Source: Smithellaceae bacterium (lineage in GTDB: Bacteria > Desulfobacterota > Syntrophia > Syntrophales > Smithellaceae). Taken from it: a DNA stretch of 64,000 nt. The notes beneath the pieces are model-generated. The model was given only the letters and a program-made list of their open reading frames with translations. It had not been told where the DNA came from and searched no databases. The position numbers were made by a program, and so were the translations under genes. The first letter of the stretch is position 1; every line of letters begins with the position of its first letter. This document shows, one piece after another, positions 48,707 to 58,726 of this stretch. The stretch is from NCBI GenBank assembly GCA_963667845.2, contig CAXXVL010000002.1, positions 160,001 to 224,000 on the forward strand. The letters are read 5' to 3'.

Positions 48707-50587
48707 TCAATTCCGCTGCCTGAGCGCTTCCTCCGCCAGTCTGCGCTCCGTGATATCGTGCACCATACCGATTGAGCGGATGACCCTGCCTGTAGCGTCG
48801 CATACGTGTTCGCACTTCTCATGGACAAAGCGAATCTCGCCGGTTGTGCTGCGGATGATCCTGTGTTCCGATTCGTAGCCGCTGGTTTCCTGTACCGATC
48901 TTGTAAAGGCAGTGTTCACAGCGGCCCGGTCATCCGGATGAACATGATCGATGAAGGCTTCGTAAGTCGCTCCGAACTCCTGCGGCTGCAATCCGAAAAT
49001 ACGATAGACCTCATCCGACCATGTGAGCCGGTTTTCGACCAGATCCAATGTCCAGCTGCCCAGATGGGCGATCTCCTGCGCCCGTTTCAGCGACGCCTCG
49101 CTTTCCCGGAGCGCTTCTTCCGCCTGCTTGCGCATCAGGAGCATGCCGATGTTTGAACTCATTCTTTCAAAGAACCGGATGGTCCCCAGGGTTAAACAAT
49201 CTCTGCGGCGGTCATTTAACTGCAGTAAGCCAATGATCTCTCCGTTGGACTTGATGGGAATCAACGCGACGGAAAGAAACCCGTCATGGATACAGCGATT
49301 GCGGGGGTTGAGCCTTGGGTCTTGATCGGCGGGCATGGTGAGCAGGGCAGACGAGTTGTTGGTCCAAAAGCTTCCGCCTTGCGTAAAGAGGGGATCCGCC
49401 GGATTTGTTTTCCCGGAGATGACAAGCCCGCACGTGCATGCAAGCAATTGATTGCCGTTTTCATCGAGGCAGAGTTTGCCGTACGGGTCGTGGAGGGCCA
49501 ATGTGGTTTCCCTGGACAGAAAATCGTCCGGAAAACCGTTTTGAACAAAATAGGGATAGTCGTTATCGATCTTCAGCCGCATGCCGACTGCATCAAAGCC
49601 TGATGCCTTCCGGATGGCCGCAAGGATGCAACCCATGGCGTCGGGAAGGGAACGCGAATCGGTCAGAATGCTCATAATGTCGGCCGCGAGATTCTGCTGC
49701 TGTTCGGCCTGCTTACGTTCGGTGATATTCTGGGCGTGGGCAATCAAATACATCGGCAGCCCCTGCACGTCCCTGATCAGGGAGACGCTGAGAATGACCC
49801 ACACGATCGTGCCGTTTTTGCAGGTGTAGCGTTTTTCCATATGGTAATGGGGAATTCTGCCGGCCAGCAGGTTTCTGAGGTTTTCTTCATCACGTGCCAC
49901 ATCCTCGGGGAAGGTAACATCCTGAAAGCGTATCGCGAGCAGTTCAGCTTCCGAATAACCCAGCATGTTGCAGTAGGCGGGATTGACCATTGTAAAACGG
50001 CCGGTCAAATCCACGGCGGACATTCCAACGGCCGACGCTTCAAAGGAACTGCGGAAGGTCATCTCCCGCTCCCGGACAGCAGCTTCTCTCTTTTTTCGCG
50101 CCGCTATCTCCCCTTCCAGTTCCGCAGTTCTCTGCCTCACCCGATCCTCCAGCTCCCGATGCGCCTCGCGAAGCTCTTCCTCGGCCTTCTTGCGCGATCT
50201 GTGTTCTTCGGCCTCCGCCAGGGCTCTGCGGACGGCAGGCACAAGACGCTGCTCCAGACGGCTTTTCAGAACATAATCTTTGGCGCCCTGGGTCAGGATT
50301 TCGATTGCGCGGTCTTCGCTCACGGCGCCCGTCACCAGAATAAAGGGAGTATCCGGACATCTTCGACTGGCTTCGGCCAAAGCCAGCGCACCGTTGTAGG
50401 AGGGCAGATCATAGTCGGACAGGATCAGATCCGGGCAATATTGCTGAAGCTCGCGGACAAAATCGTCCCCGTGAACGATAATCTTTGAAATGAAGTTTAT
50501 CCCGGCTTCCTGCAGCTCAAATTGAATTAATTCTACATCTGCAGGGTTGTCTTCCAGAATAAGAATGCGAAGAGTTTGACGGACCAT
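48707..50587 (-). CDS. Receiver-PAS-GAF-PAS signalling protein lacking an output domain (possibly truncated hybrid kinase)
   Basis: Receiver domain (ILEDN, LILSDY, GAKDYVLK), two PAS/PAC domains (QNITERK, HDITERR) and a GAF-like middle. Stops at EEALRQRN with no HisKA. Confidence 0.8.
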   Translation of the reverse strand: MVRQTLRILILEDNPADVELIQFELQEAGINFISKIIVHGDDFVRELQQYCPDLILSDYDLPSYNGALALAEASRRCPDTPFILVTGAVSEDRAIEILTQGAKDYVLKSRLEQRLVPAVRRALAEAEEHRSRKKAEEELREAHRELEDRVRQRTAELEGEIAARKKREAAVREREMTFRSSFEASAVGMSAVDLTGRFTMVNPAYCNMLGYSEAELLAIRFQDVTFPEDVARDEENLRNLLAGRIPHYHMEKRYTCKNGTIVWVILSVSLIRDVQGLPMYLIAHAQNITERKQAEQQQNLAADIMSILTDSRSLPDAMGCILAAIRKASGFDAVGMRLKIDNDYPYFVQNGFPDDFLSRETTLALHDPYGKLCLDENGNQLLACTCGLVISGKTNPADPLFTQGGSFWTNNSSALLTMPADQDPRLNPRNRCIHDGFLSVALIPIKSNGEIIGLLQLNDRRRDCLTLGTIRFFERMSSNIGMLLMRKQAEEALRESEASLKRAQEIAHLGSWTLDLVENRLTWSDEVYRIFGLQPQEFGATYEAFIDHVHPDDRAAVNTAFTRSVQETSGYESEHRIIRSTTGEIRFVHEKCEHVCDATGRVIRSIGMVHDITERRLAEEALRQRN

Positions 50588-50769
50588 GAAGCTTCCAATT
50601 AGGGTTGAAAAGAAAATCCAGTTCCTTCGGTATCCTGAATGGAGTGTCCTCGTTTGCGCAAAAGGACGATCTCAAAACGGGTAGCAATCTAGAATAATTC
50701 CGATATCAAATGGTTCAGATGTACCTTTAATATTGCCCTTTAATGACACCGCTTCTTTCTAACGAATGC

Positions 50770-50832
50770 AATCAACCACCTTGCTAGCAAGCGACAGGGA
50801 ATTAACGCTCGTCCAGCTTAAGCGGGATTAAA
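50770..50832 (+). repeat. Dispersed palindromic element, short form
   Basis: AATCAACCACCTTGCTAGCAAGCGACAGGGAATTAACGCTCGTCCAGCTTAAGCGGGATTAAA. Confidence 0.8.
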
Positions 50833-50910
50833 CCGTTTTCAATAAACAAATTTGCCGATGACTTTAATCAGACTGTCCGACTACCGCAAATGGTAAATTA
50901 TAGTAAGTAA

Positions 50911-50933
50911 AATAGTAGGTAAAAACTACTATT
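50911..50933. promoter_or_regulatory. Perfect inverted repeat, candidate regulator-binding site
   Basis: AATAGTAG-GTAAAAA-CTACTATT upstream of the receiver-PAS gene. Confidence 0.45.
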
Positions 50934-51038
50934 GCAAAGATGAAAGTACACCGCCGGCGCCTTTCACCGACGTGCCGTAAGCCTGCAAGGTGTAAACGCC
51001 TCTCCTGGGGCTGCACTATGCAAGTTGCCGGATACAAA

Positions 51039-51869
51039 TCAGATTTTATCGAAGCGCACTTTCTTGCGGTTCACGGTCCTGAGATATTTTACTTTGGGGT
51101 GACCGAAAACCATCATGAAGATGACGGCTTCCCCTTCTTTGATCCCGACCCGATTTCTCAGTTCGGGCGACACGGCAAACGCAAACGTTCCAAATCCCAT
51201 CAGACAGGCGCCCAGGCCCAGCGCGTTAATCATCAGTTCGAGATGACCCGCATTGAAACAGCCGTCTACCTCATTGCAGGTCCGGCTCACGATCAAAAGC
51301 GCATTGGGCGCGCTGTGAAACAATAAATCCCGCTGCTTTTTCTGATAGGCCTGCTGCCAGTTGATCCAGATGGATTGAAAATCCAGGTATTGATAAGGCA
51401 CGCGCATCGCCTTCTTATCCACGCTTTTGACATCCAGTTGGGTGAGAGCTTGGAGCGCCAGCGGCGTAATTTCGCGCAGCGTGTCTTTCGTGAGCACGAT
51501 ATAACGCAGCGTCTGCGTATTTGCGCCGGTTTGCGTGTATCGCCCCATCTCCAGGATTTTCGCTATATCCGCGTCGCTCACCGGTTCCTCCGTATACTGA
51601 CGGGTGCTTCTGCGAAATTTGACAAAGTTCAGAAGCTGATCAGGCCCAATAGCGAACTTCTGCGGATCGTCATACTCGAGGACTTCGGCGGGATCATAGT
51701 CGCCCGCCATTGCAACCGCGCCCTGCTTGCAGACCGCCATGCAGTGACCGCATTCCAGGCACCATTGACCATGAACGGCTTTCCCGTCTTTGATGGTAAT
51801 ATTGGCGGCAGGACAATCCGCCCTGCAAATCCCGCATCCGATGCATTTCTCTGAATCGACTGTTATCAT
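51039..51869 (-). CDS. Nitroreductase with N-terminal 2x[4Fe-4S] ferredoxin domain
   Basis: CIGCGICRADCP, CLECGHCMAVC, RRSTRQY and ALGLGAC. AAGGAG RBS precedes the ATG at 51869. Confidence 0.92.
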   Translation of the reverse strand: MITVDSEKCIGCGICRADCPAANITIKDGKAVHGQWCLECGHCMAVCKQGAVAMAGDYDPAEVLEYDDPQKFAIGPDQLLNFVKFRRSTRQYTEEPVSDADIAKILEMGRYTQTGANTQTLRYIVLTKDTLREITPLALQALTQLDVKSVDKKAMRVPYQYLDFQSIWINWQQAYQKKQRDLLFHSAPNALLIVSRTCNEVDGCFNAGHLELMINALGLGACLMGFGTFAFAVSPELRNRVGIKEGEAVIFMMVFGHPKVKYLRTVNRKKVRFDKI

Positions 51870-52148
51870 GGTGGTCTCCTTTAGTTTTGATCGTGTCTGT
51901 CTGCCGGGACCGCGTCTGAAAGATATCATTTCAAACCCGGTGAGAATCCAAGTCCCCGTGGCATTAAGGGATCTTTGCAATATCTCCCCGGCCGGTCTGA
52001 CCGGGCGTTGCGGGAAAAGACATAGCGTGGCGTAACGTTAAAGTCAACCTGTTCTAAAGGAGGATGGGTTCGCGAAGTCCGGCAGGGTCTGCCGGCGGTT
52101 CCCGTCATCATGTACCGGGAAACAAATAACGAAGGTATCAAACGGAAA

Positions 52149-53276
52149 TCAGCGTGCAGCGAGAGCCGCCGGCTGAATTTGATCACCCTCGGAGATTCCC
52201 CAGCCGGGGTTGAGGATGACTCTCTCGCCTTCTTCCAGTCCCGCGGCGAGCCGCACCCTTATGGCATCGCTTTCGGCAACGGTCACCTGACGAAAATTGA
52301 CTTTGCTTTCTGCAGTCACCACAGCGACCAGATATTTGTCATTCTTGATCAGCAGCGCTCCCGCCGGAATTTCAACCGCCGGCTGCATCTGGAGAAAAAG
52401 GGACACCTGGACAAAGCTGCCCGCCAATAGGAGCCCCCGGCGGTTGTCCACATCGATTTCCGTCAAAAGCGTACGCGTTTTATCGTCCAGCTGACCGCTC
52501 ATCCGGCTCACGGATGCGGTGAGGCGCAAATCGGGGCGGGAGGGATCGGTGATAACGGCCCTGTCGCCTATGCGGACAACCGATGCGTCCCTCTGGTCCA
52601 GGTAAACGTACACCCTGATTCTGTGAGTCTCGGCAATCGACGCGACAGGCAGGGTGGTTGTCTGGGACGTGACGGCGCTTTGAACCAGGGCGCCGGGATC
52701 GACAAAACGGGCAGTGACCACACAGGGAAACGGCGCACGGATGATCTGATAATCTTTTTGAATCCGCAGGGCCTCCGTATTGGCTTCGGCCTGGTCGGCC
52801 GCGGCAAACGCGCGCTGGGCATCCTGAATGGAAATTGCATTTTTCTCGAGCTGCGACTTTGCCCGTACCGCATCCTGGCGCTTGTTTTGTGCGTCCGCCA
52901 GCGCCGCTTTGTATTGCGAGTCGAGTTCCGGTGACTCGATGACAGCCACGACCTGGCCTTCCTTCAAGTGATCGCCTTTGTCCACCGGGATGGATTTTAT
53001 GTAGCCGCTCACTTTGGCATAGAGCGTAACCGACGCATAAGGCCTCGCCTCTCCCGTCAGCGTGATGGACCGGCCGCCGGGCAAACGTTTGGCGGCGGTG
53101 ACAAAAACCTGGGGACCGGCTTTAGCCGCCAATGACCGCTCATGCCTTTCGCGGCTGACGTTCAGTTTTTCTTTTTCCAGAAGAATGATCAGGGATACCG
53201 CGGCGATGATGATTATGACAATTCCGGCGATAAAGATGGTGCGCTTCCCTTCGAAGAATGATCGCATGTTATTCAT
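52149..53276 (-). CDS. RND efflux periplasmic adaptor (membrane fusion protein)
   Basis: N-terminal anchor, LYAKVSGYI..VDKGD, IRAPF and TRTLLTEI. Overlaps the pump stop. Confidence 0.9.
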   Translation of the reverse strand: MNNMRSFFEGKRTIFIAGIVIIIIAAVSLIILLEKEKLNVSRERHERSLAAKAGPQVFVTAAKRLPGGRSITLTGEARPYASVTLYAKVSGYIKSIPVDKGDHLKEGQVVAVIESPELDSQYKAALADAQNKRQDAVRAKSQLEKNAISIQDAQRAFAAADQAEANTEALRIQKDYQIIRAPFPCVVTARFVDPGALVQSAVTSQTTTLPVASIAETHRIRVYVYLDQRDASVVRIGDRAVITDPSRPDLRLTASVSRMSGQLDDKTRTLLTEIDVDNRRGLLLAGSFVQVSLFLQMQPAVEIPAGALLIKNDKYLVAVVTAESKVNFRQVTVAESDAIRVRLAAGLEEGERVILNPGWGISEGDQIQPAALAAR

Positions 53277-56200
53277 GAGGACCTCCTGCAGTCCGCCCCT
53301 CCCGCATCTCGGCCTCATACTGCTCGTCCAGGAGATGCTTGGATGGCGGCTTCCTGCGTAGAAACGTATAGACGACGGGCACGATGAACAAGGTCGTGAC
53401 GGTCGCAAAGAGTAATCCGCCGATGACGGCGCGTCCCAGAGGAGCATTTTGTTCACCCGCCTCTCCCATGGCCAGCGCCATGGGCATCATGCCGATGATC
53501 ATAGCCAGCGCGGTCATGATGACGGGGCGCAGTCTCGTTTTCCCGGCTTCCACAACGGCTTCCTCGGGCGACATGCCCGTTTCGGCCCGCAGATCGTTGG
53601 CAAAGCTGACCACCAGAATCGAATTCGCCGTGGCGATGCCCACGGCCATAATGGCGCCCATCAGTGATTCCACATTGATGGTCGTCCCTGTGACGGCCAG
53701 CATCCAGAGAATTCCGGCCAGCGCTCCGGGAACCGCCATCATGATGATGAACGGGTCCATCCAGGACTGGAAGAGGATCACCATCAGAAAGTAAACGAGC
53801 AGAATTGCCAGGATCAATCCGAGCCCCAGACTGCGAAACGATTGGAACATGATTTCATTCTGGCCGCGCAGCGTGATTTTCGTGCCGGGCGGAAGCGGCG
53901 CGAGCGCATCGATGCTTTTTTGAATATCCCGGGATACTGATCCGAGGTCCCGCCCCTCGATGTTGGCATCGACATTCAGCACCCGCTGCACGGTATAGTG
54001 CGTAATATTTTCAGAGCTCATGGAATGGGAAACAGAGGCGACGTTGCCCAGCGTGAGTGCCGGAGACTGCGGCGCCTGAGAGGGGGGCCCCGGCGCTCCG
54101 CTTTGCAGGAGCGCAGCCGCGGACGGAGCGGTGAGCGGCAGGGCATGCAGATGCTGAAGCTCGCGGATGCGCTGGGTCGGAATCTGCACGGCCACAGTAT
54201 AGTTGACGTTGTTTTCACGGTTCAGAAAAAAGGAGGGCGCGATGAGCGTGCTCGATGAAAGCGCAATGAGAGCGCTTGTGGCCACGTCCCGTTCACTCAT
54301 TCCCAGATTAGCGGCCCGCGTCCGGTCCACATCCACCTGCAGCGCCGGATAATCCAGAACCTGATTGATATGCACATCCGCCACGCCCGGGATGCCGTTC
54401 ATGGCGTCGCGCAGAGTAAGGGCGTACGCATAAGACTTGTTGAAGTCGGCGCCTTCCACCTGGACGTCCAGCGGCGACGTAAGACCAAAGTTCAGCACTT
54501 GCGTGACGATATCCGCGGATTGAAAATAAATCCTCGATCCGGGAAACGCTTTGGGCAGTTCCTCACGGATTTTCCGCCGGTAAATCTCCGTCGGCCGGTG
54601 CCCTTTTTTCAAAGAAATCAATATTTCGGCATCCATGCCCCCGATATTTTCAGTGTAGACAAAGGCCAGATTGTAAAACGTCGGAACACCGATCATGTCA
54701 TTGATTGTTTCAAGTTCTTGGGGCCCGATGATCTCCCGGATGCGCGTCTCAACCTGCTCGACAAGCTTTTCCGTTTGTTCGATGCGCATCCCCGGAGGCG
54801 CCCGGAAATGAAGCTTCATCATTCCGGTGTCCACATTCGGGAAAAAGTCCATCCCGACGACGAAGAGCAAGCCGGCGCTGACCGTACCGAGAATACCGGC
54901 AATGCCGAGGGAAAACGCGCGGCGGGCAAGAACGGCCTGGAGCGCGCGCCCGTAGGCATCGCGCATTTGGTCGTAAATCCTTTCCCGGAATACGGCAAGC
55001 CCGCCGAGTATCCACCCGGGCTTCGTCCCCACGTCATGACCCTGGAGAGCACCCGGCTCCTGTCCTCTCATCAACATCCGGTAGAGGACGGGGACAAGCG
55101 TCCGCGAAAGAACGTACGAGGCCAGCATCGCCGTCACGACGGCCAGCGCCATCGGCGTGAACAAATACTTGGCCGCGCCATACAGCAGCACAACGGGAAA
55201 GAAAACGACGCAGATGGAAAGCGTCGAAACGATGGCCGGCACGGCGATCTGGCTTGATCCCTCGGTGACTGCGACCGTCAGCGGCTTCCCCAGGGCATAA
55301 TTGCGGTGGATATTCTCCACCGCCACCGTGGCATCGTCGACGAGCATCCCGATCGCCAGCGCCAGTCCTCCCAGGGTCATGATGTTGATTGTCTGCCCGG
55401 CCAGATTGAGGCAAATGATCGCCGTAAAGATCGACAGCGGAATCGATGTGGAGACAACCACCATGTTCCGCCAGCTGCCCAGGAAAACCAAGATCATGAG
55501 TGAAACCAGAATGGAAGCGAGCACCGCTTCCCGGACGACGCTCGCAATGGCGCCGCGGACGAAGACCGACTGGTCGAAATCGATTTTGAGCTCCAGTCCG
55601 TGAGGCGCCACCTCTTTGATGCCGGGCAGAGCATCGCGCGTCGCATCGACGACGGCCAGGGTGGAGGCATCCGCGTGTTTCAGGATGGCAAGGTACGTGG
55701 CCCGCTTCCCGTTGACGCGCACGATATTGGTCTGCGTGGCATAACTATCCGAAATTTTCGCGACGTCGCCCAGATACACCGGGGCCGTACCCACCACCTT
55801 GATGGGCATCTTGTTGAAGTGGTCGAGAATATGCGGGCTCGAATTGAGAAGCACATTGTATTCCGTATCCCCGATGCGCGCCGTGCCGGCCGGAATAATC
55901 ACATTTGAAGACTGGAGCGCGGAAACCACATCCGCGGGCGACAGGCCCCGGGCGGCCAGCGCTTCGGGTTTGACGTCCACCATGATCTGACGGGTCTTCC
56001 CGCCGAAAGGAGCGGGGGTGGAGAGCCCCGGGATGGTAAAGAGCCGCACACGGATAAAGTTGAGCCCATAGTCGAAAATCTTCTCTTCAGACAGTGTGTC
56101 GCTTGATACAGTGACCTGGGATACCGGAACATTCGTGGCGGAAAACTGCGTGATCACGGGAGGCTGCATCCCCGGCGGAGCAATCCGGAGAATCGTGCTG

Positions 56201-56538
56201 GAAACAGACGTTATCTGCGCAATAGCGGCGCCGATGTCGCTGCCGGGTTGGAAGTAGACTTTCAAAAGGCCGATCCCGGGAATGGATTGCGATTCAATGC
56301 GCGCGATGCCGTTGACGGTGGTCGAATAGGCTCTCTCACTGATCAGCACGACCCGCCGCTCCATGTCCTCGGGGGAAAGGCCGGGGTAATTCCAGACGAC
56401 AATCACAACGGGGATATTGATCGGCGGAAAGATATCCACGATCATCCGGCCAAGCGAGAGCGTGCCCAGCACCAGGATGAGCAGCGACATCACCGCAATC
56501 GTATAGGGGCGTCGCAGTGCAAGACGTACAATCCACAT
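53269..56538 (-). CDS. RND efflux permease (AcrB/NolG-like)
   Basis: MWIVRLALRRP, GMLVDDATVAVEN, ANSIL, TRLRPVIMT and PLGRAVIGG. Confidence 0.95.
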   Translation of the reverse strand: MWIVRLALRRPYTIAVMSLLILVLGTLSLGRMIVDIFPPINIPVVIVVWNYPGLSPEDMERRVVLISERAYSTTVNGIARIESQSIPGIGLLKVYFQPGSDIGAAIAQITSVSSTILRIAPPGMQPPVITQFSATNVPVSQVTVSSDTLSEEKIFDYGLNFIRVRLFTIPGLSTPAPFGGKTRQIMVDVKPEALAARGLSPADVVSALQSSNVIIPAGTARIGDTEYNVLLNSSPHILDHFNKMPIKVVGTAPVYLGDVAKISDSYATQTNIVRVNGKRATYLAILKHADASTLAVVDATRDALPGIKEVAPHGLELKIDFDQSVFVRGAIASVVREAVLASILVSLMILVFLGSWRNMVVVSTSIPLSIFTAIICLNLAGQTINIMTLGGLALAIGMLVDDATVAVENIHRNYALGKPLTVAVTEGSSQIAVPAIVSTLSICVVFFPVVLLYGAAKYLFTPMALAVVTAMLASYVLSRTLVPVLYRMLMRGQEPGALQGHDVGTKPGWILGGLAVFRERIYDQMRDAYGRALQAVLARRAFSLGIAGILGTVSAGLLFVVGMDFFPNVDTGMMKLHFRAPPGMRIEQTEKLVEQVETRIREIIGPQELETINDMIGVPTFYNLAFVYTENIGGMDAEILISLKKGHRPTEIYRRKIREELPKAFPGSRIYFQSADIVTQVLNFGLTSPLDVQVEGADFNKSYAYALTLRDAMNGIPGVADVHINQVLDYPALQVDVDRTRAANLGMSERDVATSALIALSSSTLIAPSFFLNRENNVNYTVAVQIPTQRIRELQHLHALPLTAPSAAALLQSGAPGPPSQAPQSPALTLGNVASVSHSMSSENITHYTVQRVLNVDANIEGRDLGSVSRDIQKSIDALAPLPPGTKITLRGQNEIMFQSFRSLGLGLILAILLVYFLMVILFQSWMDPFIIMMAVPGALAGILWMLAVTGTTINVESLMGAIMAVGIATANSILVVSFANDLRAETGMSPEEAVVEAGKTRLRPVIMTALAMIIGMMPMALAMGEAGEQNAPLGRAVIGGLLFATVTTLFIVPVVYTFLRRKPPSKHLLDEQYEAEMREGRTAGGPHE

Positions 56539-56714
56539 ATGGGGACATCCTTCCGCACAACCTCCGGAGCCGTTCCTTTCGCTTTAGGGTATTGCGTGTC
56601 ACGAAACGTTGCCGTAAGCCTCGGCGGCCGGAGTGTGGCTGGCGAATGAAAAGCGATTCATCGCGTGAAACACTATTTCACCATTTAGAAAATTAATTCC
56701 GGATGAGACGGGAG

Positions 56715-56760
56715 ACAATGAGGATAAAATATCAGCAAAATGGGAGGAAATATCTATCAC
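56715..56760. repeat. Duplicated upstream element, copy 1
   Basis: 46 bp with 3 mismatches to 58451-58496, upstream of the RND permease. Confidence 0.8.
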
Positions 56761-56874
56761 TCCCGATTCACCCTGCATCCTGAAGGGCGCGCGAGGGCAC
56801 AGGCCGTATTGCGCATCGCGGGCACGGAAGGGCAAAAAGGTAATTGCGACACACAGTCTGTTTAAGCCGGAATA

Positions 56875-57750
56875 TCATTTTGCCGGATCAACACGGCCCA
56901 GCGCCGCCGCAATCCCGCGGGCCAGGGTTTCCGGATCATTATGACCCCAGAAGTGAAGAAAGAAAAGGCGAGGCGATTCAAAAAGCATATGGCTGTGCAC
57001 CGCCGTAACCGTGATGCCATGCAAGACGAGCTCCCGGATGACCGGATTCACTTCCGTTCCGATCAGAACGAAATCGCCGGTCGCAACCGCTTTACCGCCA
57101 ACCCTCTGCAGATTGATTCCCGTGGCCATCCCCATAAAGGGAGGTATGACCATTCCTTTCTCAGTGATTTTCCCCCGGCGCGGAAAGCTGAGCTGCAGCA
57201 GATTTCCTTTCTTTTGTCCCTCTTTGCCGAAGATCGCCTCGACCTTTCTCCAATCCGCAGGAGGACCGTCCGCGGCGGCGGCCGCCGGCACTCCGGCGGG
57301 CGTACCCGTTGCGGAAAGAACGGAATGCATGGCGGCGGCCAGCTTATCCGGATTTCCTTCGCCGTTGAAATGCACATACATGATGACGGGGACCGAACCG
57401 AGAAGATGGTTATGGATGGCAGTGACCTGAATCCCTTCTGCAACAAGCTTCGCCGTCACCGGGGCAACCTCGGTTTCCAAAAGGGCAATATCCCCCATCA
57501 TCATCACGTCATTTCCCATTCCCGTGGGCTTGAAGGCAACCCACGACGTAAGCGCCAGTCCGGGCTCCACCAAAATCTCTCCGATTTTTACGGACAGGTC
57601 CGTGCGCGGGAAAGCGATCTTGATCATGTCCGCCTGTCTGGCTCCTGTTCGCCCCAGAGCCTTTTCCACCTTGTCCCAATCGGACGGCTCGGCCTGCGCC
57701 GCGGTAAAACTCAAAAGCAGTGCCCAGAATACCAATAGTGCGCGTCTCAT
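56875..57750 (-). CDS. DUF1259 (LppY/LpqO-like) tandem-domain exported protein
   Basis: Signal peptide (AQA) and two repeats: TAIHNHLL...YVHF and TAVHSHML...FLHFWG. Confidence 0.85.
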   Translation of the reverse strand: MRRALLVFWALLLSFTAAQAEPSDWDKVEKALGRTGARQADMIKIAFPRTDLSVKIGEILVEPGLALTSWVAFKPTGMGNDVMMMGDIALLETEVAPVTAKLVAEGIQVTAIHNHLLGSVPVIMYVHFNGEGNPDKLAAAMHSVLSATGTPAGVPAAAAADGPPADWRKVEAIFGKEGQKKGNLLQLSFPRRGKITEKGMVIPPFMGMATGINLQRVGGKAVATGDFVLIGTEVNPVIRELVLHGITVTAVHSHMLFESPRLFFLHFWGHNDPETLARGIAAALGRVDPAK

Positions 57751-57791
57751 CTTTTCCTCCTTTGCGAGCCGGCGCCCCGGATTGGCCGCTG

Positions 57792-58382
57792 TTATGGTCC
57801 GGTCTCGATGCCTTCCAATATTTTCTCAATACGCCTGTCGGGCACGAGCCAGAGAAGCGCCACCAGAACATACAGGCCCTGGGCGACCCAATGCGCAAAG
57901 AAGGCCGCCCCGATGGCTACCAGGTAAATCATCGGCGAGAGTTTCCCTTTCCAGTCACTGCCGACCGCTTTCTTGAGCAGGGAAGCCGATCCTTCCGCTG
58001 CGATAATCAGCTGCTCCAGTATCCAGTAGGCAACAGCGGCCATGAACAGAACAATCCCATAGACGGCGGACGGGGCGGCGGCGAAATGATTTTCGCCCAT
58101 CCAGCCCGTCACAAAAGGAAACAGCGACAGCCAGAAAAGCAGATGAAGATTGGCCCACAGGATCGGACCGGTTACCCGGTGCAGCGTATGAAGCATATGA
58201 TGGTGATTATTCCAGTAGATGCCCACGTAGACGAAGCTCAGCACATAGCACAGGAATACCGGAAGGAGGGGCGCAAGCACTGCGAGCATTTCACCCTCGG
58301 GCACTTTAAGCTCCAGCACCATAATCGTTATAATGATGGCAATGACGCCGTCGCTGAATGCTTCGAGTCTGTTCTTTCCCAT
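57792..58382 (-). CDS. TMEM175-family (DUF1211) potassium channel
   Basis: RLEAFSDGVIAIIITIMVLEL, YWNNHH and LSLFPF signatures. Confidence 0.92.
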   Translation of the reverse strand: MGKNRLEAFSDGVIAIIITIMVLELKVPEGEMLAVLAPLLPVFLCYVLSFVYVGIYWNNHHHMLHTLHRVTGPILWANLHLLFWLSLFPFVTGWMGENHFAAAPSAVYGIVLFMAAVAYWILEQLIIAAEGSASLLKKAVGSDWKGKLSPMIYLVAIGAAFFAHWVAQGLYVLVALLWLVPDRRIEKILEGIETGP

Positions 58383-58450
58383 ACGGATATGTCCCTGTCC
58401 CATGCAAAATCATTCATCTGAGAGGAAATTAGTCCGGAAAAGACACTGAA

Positions 58451-58496
58451 ACAATGAGGATAAAATATCAGGAAAATAGGAGGGAATATCTATCAC
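58451..58496. repeat. Duplicated upstream element, copy 2
   Basis: ACAATGAGGATAAAATATCAGGAAAATAGGAGGGAATATCTATCAC upstream of TMEM175. Confidence 0.8.
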
Positions 58497-58664
58497 CGAA
58501 AACGGGTCCGCCAATAGGGACGTCCGCTTGTTTCCCGGCCTACCGGCGGCAATCCGTCTTTCGGAGCAGGGGCGGATACAGTGGAGAGCGCCTCACTAAA
58601 TCGGCGATTTGTCTGGCGCTCTCGTGATGTGCAATAAATAATAAGCGAGCCCGTGAAAAAAGGC

Positions 58665-58707
58665 TTGACGATGCATCAATTCCGGACTAAACTTAACATC
58701 GTTAAGT
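58665..58707 (+). promoter_or_regulatory. Sigma-70 promoter with overlapping TetR-type operator
   Basis: TTGACG-N17-TAAACT, with palindrome ACTTAAC-ATC-GTTAAGT at 58691-58707. Confidence 0.75.
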
Positions 58708-58726
58708 AATATAACGGTGGAAAGTT

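Noticed and set aside
56540..56700. Riboswitch in the RND leader (also considered 8420-8740 and 13170-13350)
   Set aside because: No fluoride, guanidine, c-di-GMP or cobalamin consensus could be matched by eye. An Infernal/Rfam scan would be decisive.
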